Below are positions 17,554 through 26,624 of a stretch of DNA of 64,000 bases, piece by piece. Origin of the DNA: Candidatus Omnitrophica bacterium UBA6215 (GTDB lineage: Bacteria > Omnitrophota > Gorgyraeia > Pluralincolimonadales > Pluralincolimonadaceae); contig DISH01000007.1 in NCBI GenBank assembly GCA_002421665.1, positions 81,278-145,277 of the forward strand, given 5' to 3'. A program made the translations under genes and the position numbers. How positions within the stretch are numbered: the stretch's first letter is position 1; the number at the start of each line of letters is the position of its first letter. The notes under the pieces are model-generated. The model was not told where the DNA came from. It saw only the letters and a list, made by a program, of their open reading frames with translations, and made no database searches.

Positions 17554-18186
17554 TTATATCTTATGTCTGCGTCTTAGCATAGATAATAAATCAACTATAA
17601 ATTTAAGCATAATTATTACAAACATAAATACCACAAACCAAGTCAGCATGCCATGAATATACCATAATCCAGATGTGACCCTAATTGGTTTGATCTCAAA
17701 TACTGTATCTCCGTCTGTTTTGTATCTATACTCATGCTGTCTGGCATGCTTTGAATCTTTCAATACCATAACAATAGAATACACTTTGCTATCCAAGGGC
17801 TTTATTACAAACTTCCCTGAAGTATATCCCTGATAATGCAATACATCTTCTAGATCCTTAATATACTTGGAGTAATTATCTGGTGGCAAGTACCTAAGAG
17901 TAGATAATTTCACATATCCGTCTTCTTTTTCGTTAACTATAATTTTCACTATGCCGGATTTGGCTTCCCTACATGATACTATTACTGCTCTTTCGGTTTT
18001 TCCTAATATCTCCGTATCTTTAAAGTATTTAGTTTTATACATATAGGATTGATCGGTGGGAAACATAAGGAACGATGAATTATCCTTTATATTTCTAGAG
18101 CTATCGGCGTTTCTTATAATGACGGCGCTAATAACAACGCTTATTAACACAGATATTACTATTAATGATTTGTAATTTCCTCTCAT
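17554..18186 (-). CDS. Putative immunity protein of the main Rhs toxin (N- and C-terminal TM segments)
   Basis: Starts 2 nt after the rhs stop; A+T-rich. Confidence 0.5.
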   Translation of the reverse strand: MRGNYKSLIVISVLISVVISAVIIRNADSSRNIKDNSSFLMFPTDQSYMYKTKYFKDTEILGKTERAVIVSCREAKSGIVKIIVNEKEDGYVKLSTLRYLPPDNYSKYIKDLEDVLHYQGYTSGKFVIKPLDSKVYSIVMVLKDSKHARQHEYRYKTDGDTVFEIKPIRVTSGLWYIHGMLTWFVVFMFVIIMLKFIVDLLSMLRRRHKI

Positions 18187-18187
18187 T

Positions 18188-21100
18188 CTACTCCCTTTTC
18201 GTATTGTCAGGAAAACAGTCCTTAAATTTCACTAAACCTATCCATAAATCGGTTGCCATTTCAATTGCGTTAATTTCCTCTTCAGAATAGTACTGATCAA
18301 GGTGATCGAAAATACCAACATTAGGATCAAAGATGGAATCAAATATGCTCCATCCTGGTTTTGCATAAAGATACGCTACGCTTGGAGGTACATTGGTTAA
18401 GTCTGCGAATCTTTCTAGCGTTAACGCCCAGTCTATATCGGTATCTCCATATATGGTCTCAGTGGTTAAATTAAATAGCTCGTAGCCGCTATCACCCCAC
18501 GTCGGATTATACTGTTCGGCAATCTCCTGATTCTCTAAACCCAAACCTATAATATGATTAATTATTTCCCTTTTTTCTTCTTCCGCCCAGATCCTTCTCT
18601 CTTCCATCCCCCACGGATCCACCCAGTTGACGGGGTTGTTTTGGCAGTAGGAGTAGATGTTAGGCCCCGGAAGCTGGCCTAAGGGGTCGGGCTGGAGGAA
18701 ACGGCCTGTTTCGGGGTTGTAGTCCCTGTAGCGGTAGTAATAGAGGCCTGTGAGGTCTTCTTTTGGTCTTCCCGTGAAGCCGTAGGGCTGGTCTATTAGC
18801 TTATCAAGGAGCAGGAACTGCTTTGAGCGGCTCGATACATGCCGCTCTCCGAAGGCGGTGTATTCGTAGGCCTGGATGGGCTTTGAATTGCCGTCAATAA
18901 GGCCTCTTATGCTGCCTTGGATGTCCTGGTAGTAGTATACAACAGGAGAAGCCTTGCGGGAAAGGATTTCATCGAGGCGGGGGCCCAATAGATACGATAC
19001 CTTGCGCTTGCCTATGAAGCCGGTGGAGGATTCGCGGATAACGGAGAAGTTATCATAAGTGTATTTGACGTTATTGCGGGCTATCCTTCTTCCGAAGGGG
19101 TCGTATTTGTAGGTTATATCCGAGAGGCCGACACGGGCGCCGGTCATCATATTGCGGCAGTTATAGGAGTATTCGGCGCGATCGTCCTTTATGAGGTTGC
19201 CGAGGGCGTCGTATTTATATTCCGCCGTGCCGCGCCTGATGAGCTGGTTGGCGGCGTTATACGTATAGGCGACCTCTTTGCCGCCGGCCGTCTCCTTTAC
19301 GCGGTTTCCGGCAGAGTCATAAGAATAAAACGCCGTTACGATGCCGGACTTCTCCGCGATAAGGCGGTATATTTTATCATATAGGTAATCCTTAACCCCG
19401 CCCGGGTTCTCTTCACTGACGATATTGCCGGCCGGATCGTAAGTATACTTGAAGAAATCCACGACCTTCTTGCCCGGGCCGGTTATTTCGATATTTTCAA
19501 GACGGCCGGACTTATCGTAAGAGTTGACCTGCGCTGTATCGTTAGGATAGAGCTTGGAGAGCAGTTTCCCGCCCGGGGTATAAGAATACCCGAACATCTC
19601 GTCGCCCTGGCGTATGCTAGACACGCGGTTGAGGGCGTCGTATTTATAAGCAACCTCATAACCTTCATCAAGGACGAGAGACGTCCTGTTGCCTTCGGCG
19701 TCGTAGGTATACGCGATCCTCTTGCGGGTATATGAATCCGCCTCCTCTATCAGCCGGTTCAGCGCGTCGTATTTGCGCGTGACTTCCGTTACCCCGTTCT
19801 TCGCCGACATGACGTTGCCGACGGCGTCGTAAGCATAGGTAACCGTATCATCGGGGTAGACGATCTTCGTGATCCTGCCGAATTCATCATATGAATAGGC
19901 CATCTTTCTGCCGTCCGCGAGGGCCTTCTCGGAAAGACGGCCCGCTGCATCATACGAAAACGCGGTCTTGCGTCCGAGCGGATCAGAGACGCTTTCTATC
20001 AAACCGAGTTTGTTGTAGGTGTAGCGCGTCGTGTTGCCGTTGCCATCGGTAACGGAAGCGAGCCTGCCGCCCTTGTCATAGGAATAGGCGGTCGTTATGC
20101 CTTCCGCGTCAAGCTTTTTCACTACCTTGCCGAGTTTATCATACTCGTAGCGGGTGGCGTTCCCGTTGGCGTCGATAATCCTGACGGCGCGCCCGGCAAG
20201 GTCGTATTCAACGCTCTTGTCCGTCCGGCCTTCCGTCTTGATCACGGTCAACCTGTCCAAGCCGTCGTATTCGAATTCTTTCTTTACCCCGTCAAAGTCG
20301 GCCTGCGCGACAATATTTCCGGAGAGGTCATAGCGCGCGGTCATCCTGCCGTTGGCCGGGTCTTTCACTGCGGTCAGGCGGCCGAGATGGTCGTATACGT
20401 AGCTCCATACATTATTATTGCGGTCGGCCTTCGATACTAAGTGCCCTGTTTCATCGTAACCGAGTTTAATGGTATTTCCGGACGGGTCTGTAACCTCCTC
20501 CATCCTGTTGAAGAAACCTTTCGTCCACTTGATTACGGTTACCCTTTTGAGCGGATCGGTTATTTTTGTCGGGTTCCCGAAAGCGTCGTACTCGTAAGAC
20601 ATCTCGTATGAACCGGACGCGGTTTCTTTAGCAACCTTGACGGGTTCATTATCCGCGTTGAAAGTATAAATTGTTACTAGCCCCGACGGCGAACACTCTT
20701 TGACAGCATTGCCTAAAGAGTCGTATTCGTATCTCGTAACGACGCCGTTGTTGTCTACGGAAAGCGCGTTGCCCAGGCCGTCCCTTTCGTAAGTTATTAC
20801 ACCGCCGTCCGGAATTACAGCGCGCGCGAGATACCCGTTAGCGTCATAAATAAATTCTGTTACGTTGCTTTCCGCATCGGTTATCTTCTCCGGCTTTCCG
20901 AGAGCGTTATAGGATATTTCCGTCGCATAGCCGAGCGGGTTCGTATATTTCAACAGGCGGCTGTTCGCATCATATGAATATTCTTCCTTGGCTCCGTCCG
21001 GGCGGGTCTTTCGTATGACATTGCCCCTGCCGTCATACTCAAATAACGTCACTCCGCCTCTTTGGTCAGTATATCTGGAAACGAGCTCTTTTTCGTTGTA

Positions 21101-23047
21101 TTCCTTCTGTTCGGCCCCGTTATCGAAGGCGGTTATCTTCACGAGGCATCTCTTATCATTGTAGTAGTAATTTTTGACGAGTTTGCCCAGTTCGTAGTAT
21201 TCGATATGGTTGTCTTTGTCGTTGTACTTGAACTCATAGACGGGTTTTTTATCGAGGAACTGCTTCAATACCCTGCGTGATTTGTCATATGCCGTGACAA
21301 GGGCCGTGCCGTCCGCGAATATCTTTTCCGACATATTGCCGCGCGAATCGTAAGAATACTTAACCAGCGAGCCGTCCGGCCGTTTGACATTCGTAACGGC
21401 GCCCGTCAAGGACGAATAACCGTAAGCGACCTCCCTGCCGGCATTGTCTTTCGCCTTGGTTATATGGCCGACATCGTTGTATTCGAATGCGATGGAGTTA
21501 CCGAGCTTATCCGTAACCTTCTCGAGAAAACCCGTTACCTTGCCGTATGAATAAACGAACCTGACGCCCTCGAGGTCCTCCATCCGGGCTATCCTGAAAT
21601 TGCCCTTCCTGCCGGAGGGTTCGAAACGGCACCTTACTCCGTCGGGATATTCCAGCGTGAAGTTTTCGCCGTCTTGTTTCAATAAAGCGAAATTCGACGG
21701 TTTCGCAGAAATATAAGCGTTCTTCGTGCCGTCGAATTCATAGACGAGCTCCTTCCAGTCGGAAGCCGTGACGACCGCCCTGCCGCGGGCTTCGACAGCC
21801 AAGTCCCACGAATAATCTGTGCTCCAGCCCTTGCCGAATCCCCTGTCCATTCGCCTCATGCTATTGTAATGGCGGGCAAGATTATGGCAGGGATAATTGC
21901 CGTTAAGATCGCGTTCGGTGGAGTAAAAATAACCGTCCGGCACGCATACCGGCTCGGCGACTTCATCGGTAGCTTCATTTTCAGCCGTTGTATCCTGCCC
22001 GGTCGAATCACCGGTTTCATCCGTCTGTTCCTCGGTCGTCTCGGTCTGCCCGTCAACCGTTTCTCCGTTGTTTTGCGGGCCGGCTCGCTCAGGCTCATTA
22101 ACATCAGTTATATTGTTTTCTACCTCATCAAATATACCAAGCTCTTGAAGATTTCCATATGTAAAACCCGCAGGTAAACCGTATTGTTCAACATATCCGT
22201 CAAGTGAAATACCGTAATAGTCCCCGACCTGCTCTTGCGCTCCGGAATAGCTTGGGCTAAAGTACGCCGTTCCGCTCTGGCTTTTCCCGCTTTCGCCGCT
22301 ATCCCCGCCACTGGAGCTTCCGGAAGATAACGAGACATTAACCGAGCTGCCCGATGAAGATGTTGAACCCGACGAAACTGTTGTCCCATCAATGCGTCTT
22401 TGCAAATTAACTATCCGGGCATCAAGCTCCTCTTCGGTCCATCCGTCCTGCAATTTTGCATGACGATATCTTAAATAGGCGGCCGCAGTTATGCCGTTAT
22501 TCATGAGTATTGTCATGAGCTCGGGATTACCGTTCATCAGTTCAGCAGTATCGGATAGCCCCACATTTATATATATATTAGCCGATATCTCATACTCCCG
22601 GACTTCATCGAGCACTTTATCCAGCAAAGACTGAGCCGTTCTCTTATAAGAATCATCCGTTTGCTGTTTTAAACTGAGTATCCAGTCATTAAGCGCCTGT
22701 TTTCCGCTTTCACCCTGGATCTGTGTATCGCGATAGTTCAAATATGTGCTTACCGATATGCCGTTGTTTTTTAAAATACTCGTTAAATCAGGGTTAGAGG
22801 TTTCAAAATTTTTTATCGTATCCGGGCTATAAGTAATCGTTCCTGAGGAAGACCCCTCATGTGTCTTTATATTGCCCAATATTTTGTCAAAAACCGCCGG
22901 AGCCTCTGTTGCTCCAGTTTTATTTCCCGAATTTTTCGCTTCTGTCGAGGAGAGAATAGCCGGCGAGGAATAAGCTAACGGAATAAGAATATATAAAGAA
23001 AAGATTGACATAATAATCGGGGTTACATAACGATTCACTCGTAACAT
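18188..23047 (-). CDS. rhs: Rhs/YD-repeat polymorphic toxin (1619 aa) with N-terminal Sec signal, tandem N-domains, YD repeats, RHS core (…DPLGQ…DPWGM) and ~138-aa C-terminal toxin domain
   Basis: Many YD repeats (YxYDxxGN/R…). A TIGR03696-like core, YRYRDYNPETGRFLQPDPLGQLPGPNIYSYCQNNPVNWVDPWGM, at ~18605-18740. Signal peptide MLRVNRYVTPIIMSIFSLYILIPLAYSSPA. Confidence 0.85.
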   Translation of the reverse strand: MLRVNRYVTPIIMSIFSLYILIPLAYSSPAILSSTEAKNSGNKTGATEAPAVFDKILGNIKTHEGSSSGTITYSPDTIKNFETSNPDLTSILKNNGISVSTYLNYRDTQIQGESGKQALNDWILSLKQQTDDSYKRTAQSLLDKVLDEVREYEISANIYINVGLSDTAELMNGNPELMTILMNNGITAAAYLRYRHAKLQDGWTEEELDARIVNLQRRIDGTTVSSGSTSSSGSSVNVSLSSGSSSGGDSGESGKSQSGTAYFSPSYSGAQEQVGDYYGISLDGYVEQYGLPAGFTYGNLQELGIFDEVENNITDVNEPERAGPQNNGETVDGQTETTEEQTDETGDSTGQDTTAENEATDEVAEPVCVPDGYFYSTERDLNGNYPCHNLARHYNSMRRMDRGFGKGWSTDYSWDLAVEARGRAVVTASDWKELVYEFDGTKNAYISAKPSNFALLKQDGENFTLEYPDGVRCRFEPSGRKGNFRIARMEDLEGVRFVYSYGKVTGFLEKVTDKLGNSIAFEYNDVGHITKAKDNAGREVAYGYSSLTGAVTNVKRPDGSLVKYSYDSRGNMSEKIFADGTALVTAYDKSRRVLKQFLDKKPVYEFKYNDKDNHIEYYELGKLVKNYYYNDKRCLVKITAFDNGAEQKEYNEKELVSRYTDQRGGVTLFEYDGRGNVIRKTRPDGAKEEYSYDANSRLLKYTNPLGYATEISYNALGKPEKITDAESNVTEFIYDANGYLARAVIPDGGVITYERDGLGNALSVDNNGVVTRYEYDSLGNAVKECSPSGLVTIYTFNADNEPVKVAKETASGSYEMSYEYDAFGNPTKITDPLKRVTVIKWTKGFFNRMEEVTDPSGNTIKLGYDETGHLVSKADRNNNVWSYVYDHLGRLTAVKDPANGRMTARYDLSGNIVAQADFDGVKKEFEYDGLDRLTVIKTEGRTDKSVEYDLAGRAVRIIDANGNATRYEYDKLGKVVKKLDAEGITTAYSYDKGGRLASVTDGNGNTTRYTYNKLGLIESVSDPLGRKTAFSYDAAGRLSEKALADGRKMAYSYDEFGRITKIVYPDDTVTYAYDAVGNVMSAKNGVTEVTRKYDALNRLIEEADSYTRKRIAYTYDAEGNRTSLVLDEGYEVAYKYDALNRVSSIRQGDEMFGYSYTPGGKLLSKLYPNDTAQVNSYDKSGRLENIEITGPGKKVVDFFKYTYDPAGNIVSEENPGGVKDYLYDKIYRLIAEKSGIVTAFYSYDSAGNRVKETAGGKEVAYTYNAANQLIRRGTAEYKYDALGNLIKDDRAEYSYNCRNMMTGARVGLSDITYKYDPFGRRIARNNVKYTYDNFSVIRESSTGFIGKRKVSYLLGPRLDEILSRKASPVVYYYQDIQGSIRGLIDGNSKPIQAYEYTAFGERHVSSRSKQFLLLDKLIDQPYGFTGRPKEDLTGLYYYRYRDYNPETGRFLQPDPLGQLPGPNIYSYCQNNPVNWVDPWGMEERRIWAEEEKREIINHIIGLGLENQEIAEQYNPTWGDSGYELFNLTTETIYGDTDIDWALTLERFADLTNVPPSVAYLYAKPGWSIFDSIFDPNVGIFDHLDQYYSEEEINAIEMATDLWIGLVKFKDCFPDNTKRE

Positions 23048-23056
23048 TTTATCTCC

Positions 23057-26000
23057 TCACTCCCGGATCAAGTATTCGCTTCCGGGTTTTTCAGACCTGA
23101 GTTTTTCGAAATATTTCTCGCTCTCTTCCAATAAACCCGCTTCCCTGTTTAACGTTCCCATATAATAAAGCGCGTCATCATAATAATCCGAATCCTTAAA
23201 TTGCAGCTCTATCCTCTTGAAAAGCGAATACGCGGCGGAATTTTCTCCCATCTTACGATCGCATAAAGCCATCTTGAACAATACCTCCGGGTTACCATCC
23301 GCATCCGGGTATTCGCGGTACTTGCGCAGCGCCGATTCATATTTACCGCTTTCCAGATATATGTTACCTACGGTCAAGAGGATATTCACATCCCTTGAAC
23401 TGTTATACGCCAATTCATATAGTTCTATAGATTCGGATGTCGAACCTTGTCTGTATAAAGCCGCGGCCTTATCTCTTATAAATCCCAATATTTCGGATTG
23501 GTCCGAAGCGTTATCAAGAGCGATTTTTAATCTTATGATCTCAAGGCGCCCCGAATAATACGGATAACCGCCTCGGAATAGATCTTCGAGTCTTTTCGAT
23601 TCCGCGGCGCACTTATCTCGTCCTTCCGAATCATAAACAGCTGCGAGATACTTCGAAAAAAACATATAAGCTATGGAAGGTCTTCCGGATTTTAAAGCGT
23701 ATTCCCCGGCTTCGCGGTAATAAATATTATCTTTTCCGTCCGAGGCCAAACCTGAAATCAGCGAATCCGCGGCTTTCTCGTAACCGGCGCCGCTTAAATA
23801 AACCACATCCTCGATAAACTTTCTCTTAACATCTTCGGAAAAGAACGTGTCTTTTACCGCGACAAGATAATCCTGCTCCGCCTTATCGGATGAAAGCAGG
23901 CCGGGCTTCCTTAATGATATCACAAAAAGAGTGAATAATTCATCCGCTCTATTTGAAGGGGATAATTTTGTGAAATCGAGAGAGGAAATGGCATCCGCCA
24001 TATTTTTATACACTTTATCCGATTCGTTAAAATATTCTTTAGCCGATTCTATGTCATCTGCGGTTAAAAGACCCTCTATGCGGGAAAATTTGGTTTTCGC
24101 ATTAGAAGAAATCGCGGGATCGGTCTGCCGCGGAACCGATTCTTCAACCGTCTGTCTGTTTAGCCCGGCTCTTTCCAGCCCCTTCTTGATTATTGGCGAG
24201 CGTCCTATCAACTTCCAGACAAGCCCGCTCCTGAAATTCTCCAGGGAAAGAAGCACAAGGCCGGTGTCTATCCCGAAGGACGTATCTGAAATCCATCTTT
24301 TATCGTCGTTGAACGCATTTTTAAGCCCGTACCTGCCCCATAATTCAGGCCGCGAGTAATAATACTTGGCGGCATTCATGGAATCAAACGGTGTAAATAT
24401 CATCGAACCGACAGATCCGCTTATGGAAACGGTTCCGTCGAACTCAGGCATGGGCTGCCCGCAAGGAACCGCCCCCATAGCCATAGTATAACCGTCTTCG
24501 GTCTCGCATGAGGATATCCCCCACGCGCCGTCTTTCAGGCTCCGGTATTTCCCGGAGTTATCAGCGCAATACGCTATTTGCGCCTTTATCGCGTTCCTGG
24601 AATTACCGTTCCAGTCTACGCCTTCTTTATCACGCATATCTCTGAGATCAAGCCAGATATTCGCGTACTGATAGGTAAAGAGCGAACCAGTCCAGCTTAC
24701 TACGAACCTTTTAGAATCTTTAAAAGATTTTTCTTGTCTTGTGAAACCGTAAAAAACTTCCTCGGGAGTTTTATCATCCGTTCCCAGAGCCAGCACAGAC
24801 ACCAATAATATCTCATCGGTATAATAATTCCATTTCGCCTTCATCATCTTGTCTTCAGGCGTCCATCCCATGAATATCCGGTTATCAGCACCGGTCATTT
24901 TGTGCCATTCCACGGCTTTCACTAACTTATATCCGAGTTCGGAGACATCTTCGCCAAAATACTCGGAAACGGCGATTATGCCGTACATTAGTATAGCGGT
25001 ATCTACGGTGGATATTTCGGCTGCGCCGGCTCTCCTGCCCGTATCCGCCTGCAAAAAGTGATAAAAGAAACCGTCCTTTCTGTTTTCAAGCGAGTCGAGC
25101 GTCTCCAGGCATTTTAGAGCGCGCGTCCGGGCCTCATCATGGGACATCCAACCGTTCTCCGCGCCGATACAAAGGGCGGCAAGACCAAAACCGGTGGAGG
25201 CTATGCTTGAATCGCCGCCGCCCGAGGCGTCTCTAAAAAGGCCCGTGTGCTTATTTTGCTCGCAGGCAAAATACAAAAAAGCCCTATTCTCTATATAAGA
25301 AAGGAATTCCATATCGTTTTCAAAACTTAACGGACGATTGGATACTTCTGACATATCCCCTACTCCTATCGCGCGTTCAAGCTCGCCTTTCCTCAGTCCG
25401 CACGAAGCATGCGCTTCCATCAGTTCGTATCCGGCCTTCGCATAAAGCGCTTCCGCGTCAAGTACATCCTGGTTGGTGGCCTGACCATTATTAAAACGCG
25501 AAAGCTGCTTGCTGAATTCCTCGCTAATACTGTTATAGAAACGTTTGGCAGCGACGATCTCTTTAAGGGAAATATCATAATTGGTATAAGCGTTCCTCAC
25601 TCCCAGGGCGAGCCTGTTGATTTCCGCTTCGCATTCCTTTTTTACCTGCAATCCTTCGATTTGGGATGCCTTCATCTCATTATAATTCCTGCCCCAATCC
25701 CATATATCAAAATTTATTGATACCCCTACGGACTTTTCTGTGCCGTCCTCGGACGAATCAAATTTATTCCCTATTTTGCCGTACGCGTCTATCTCGGGCA
25801 AAAGCCCCGCCCTGGCAATTGCGGTTTCCGTTCCGGCATTCTTCTCTTTGAGTGCAATCTCGGTCATCCCGGGATTCCTGGCAAGACATATGTTTGTCGC
25901 TTCTTCCATAGTAAGGCTTACATCCAGATTACGCGACGGGTATTCGATTTCGTAATCGGTATCCAGCGGAACGTTCAACACATAATTAAGGTGATTTCTG

Positions 26001-26617
26001 GACAAATAGTACCCGTTGAGGATTTGAACATGTTCAAGCTGGGCTTTATCAAGAATCGACTTTGTTTTAAGGACATCGACTTTTGGAACAAGCCCCTGTT
26101 TGTACATCTTGTTAACGTTTTCATAGTGGCTGCCTACTACTTTCTCTATCTCTTCGCTAACCTTCATCAGTTCGGAATATTTCATTGTTTCGAAAAATGC
26201 TTTTTTTACATCAAACGCCACATCAAGTTCTTTTATCAGGGCTTTTACGGAAGCGACATCTTTAAGGTTCCTGTATAATTCCTTTGTATAATAAAGCCGT
26301 CCGCCCTTCCATATCGGCTGTACTATCTCCTCGCTCACAAGCCAACCTTTATTGGCGGAATCACTTGAATATTCATCGCTGGAAAATCTGCTGTAGTTGC
26401 TGATCTTCGGGAACATCTCCGCAGATTTAGACTTGAATTTATAGTCCGATTTCTGTTTTTCAAGATTCGCTATATCTATATCGGGACTGTTTTTTACGGC
26501 AATATCTATAGCCTGCCGAAGCGTCAATTTCTCCGCGGCAACATCTCTTGCCGGGATCGCCGCCAATAAAACGAAAATGACCGCCGAGAATGTTATAAAT
26601 TTATAGTTTTGTTTCAT
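23057..26617 (-). CDS. Tripartite fusion protein: TolC-like outer-membrane efflux (OEP) domain + (alpha/alpha)-barrel glucoamylase-like (PF10091/GH144-like, putative beta-1,2-glucanase) domain + C-terminal TPR repeats
   Basis: N-terminal signal peptide, then TLRQAIDIAVKNSPDIDIANLE…, typical of OEP repeats. The middle region (aa ~450-830) is clearly homologous to the protein at 51088-53358 (SIASTGFGLAALC/ASIASVGFGLPALC, GFFYHFLQ/GFYYHFLD, NAAKYYYS/NAAKYMYS). The C-terminus has TPR units. Confidence 0.65.
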   Translation of the reverse strand: MKQNYKFITFSAVIFVLLAAIPARDVAAEKLTLRQAIDIAVKNSPDIDIANLEKQKSDYKFKSKSAEMFPKISNYSRFSSDEYSSDSANKGWLVSEEIVQPIWKGGRLYYTKELYRNLKDVASVKALIKELDVAFDVKKAFFETMKYSELMKVSEEIEKVVGSHYENVNKMYKQGLVPKVDVLKTKSILDKAQLEHVQILNGYYLSRNHLNYVLNVPLDTDYEIEYPSRNLDVSLTMEEATNICLARNPGMTEIALKEKNAGTETAIARAGLLPEIDAYGKIGNKFDSSEDGTEKSVGVSINFDIWDWGRNYNEMKASQIEGLQVKKECEAEINRLALGVRNAYTNYDISLKEIVAAKRFYNSISEEFSKQLSRFNNGQATNQDVLDAEALYAKAGYELMEAHASCGLRKGELERAIGVGDMSEVSNRPLSFENDMEFLSYIENRAFLYFACEQNKHTGLFRDASGGGDSSIASTGFGLAALCIGAENGWMSHDEARTRALKCLETLDSLENRKDGFFYHFLQADTGRRAGAAEISTVDTAILMYGIIAVSEYFGEDVSELGYKLVKAVEWHKMTGADNRIFMGWTPEDKMMKAKWNYYTDEILLVSVLALGTDDKTPEEVFYGFTRQEKSFKDSKRFVVSWTGSLFTYQYANIWLDLRDMRDKEGVDWNGNSRNAIKAQIAYCADNSGKYRSLKDGAWGISSCETEDGYTMAMGAVPCGQPMPEFDGTVSISGSVGSMIFTPFDSMNAAKYYYSRPELWGRYGLKNAFNDDKRWISDTSFGIDTGLVLLSLENFRSGLVWKLIGRSPIIKKGLERAGLNRQTVEESVPRQTDPAISSNAKTKFSRIEGLLTADDIESAKEYFNESDKVYKNMADAISSLDFTKLSPSNRADELFTLFVISLRKPGLLSSDKAEQDYLVAVKDTFFSEDVKRKFIEDVVYLSGAGYEKAADSLISGLASDGKDNIYYREAGEYALKSGRPSIAYMFFSKYLAAVYDSEGRDKCAAESKRLEDLFRGGYPYYSGRLEIIRLKIALDNASDQSEILGFIRDKAAALYRQGSTSESIELYELAYNSSRDVNILLTVGNIYLESGKYESALRKYREYPDADGNPEVLFKMALCDRKMGENSAAYSLFKRIELQFKDSDYYDDALYYMGTLNREAGLLEESEKYFEKLRSEKPGSEYLIRE

Positions 26618-26624
26618 AATGATT

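Noticed and set aside
5031-19000. Possibility that the repeated ~380-nt units form a CRISPR-like or IS-derived repeat array
   Set aside because: The repeat units are in-frame coding sequence for the RHS core ending in DPxGL. They are 50-620 nt long and are separated by 0.5-1.6 kb of protein-coding toxin/immunity modules. There are no short regular spacers, inverted terminal repeats or transposase.
21856-22392. Internal ORFs 21856-22104, 21869-22177 and 22120-22392 inside rhs
   Set aside because: Nested or antisense frames within a 1619-aa YD-repeat gene whose own frame is uninterrupted.
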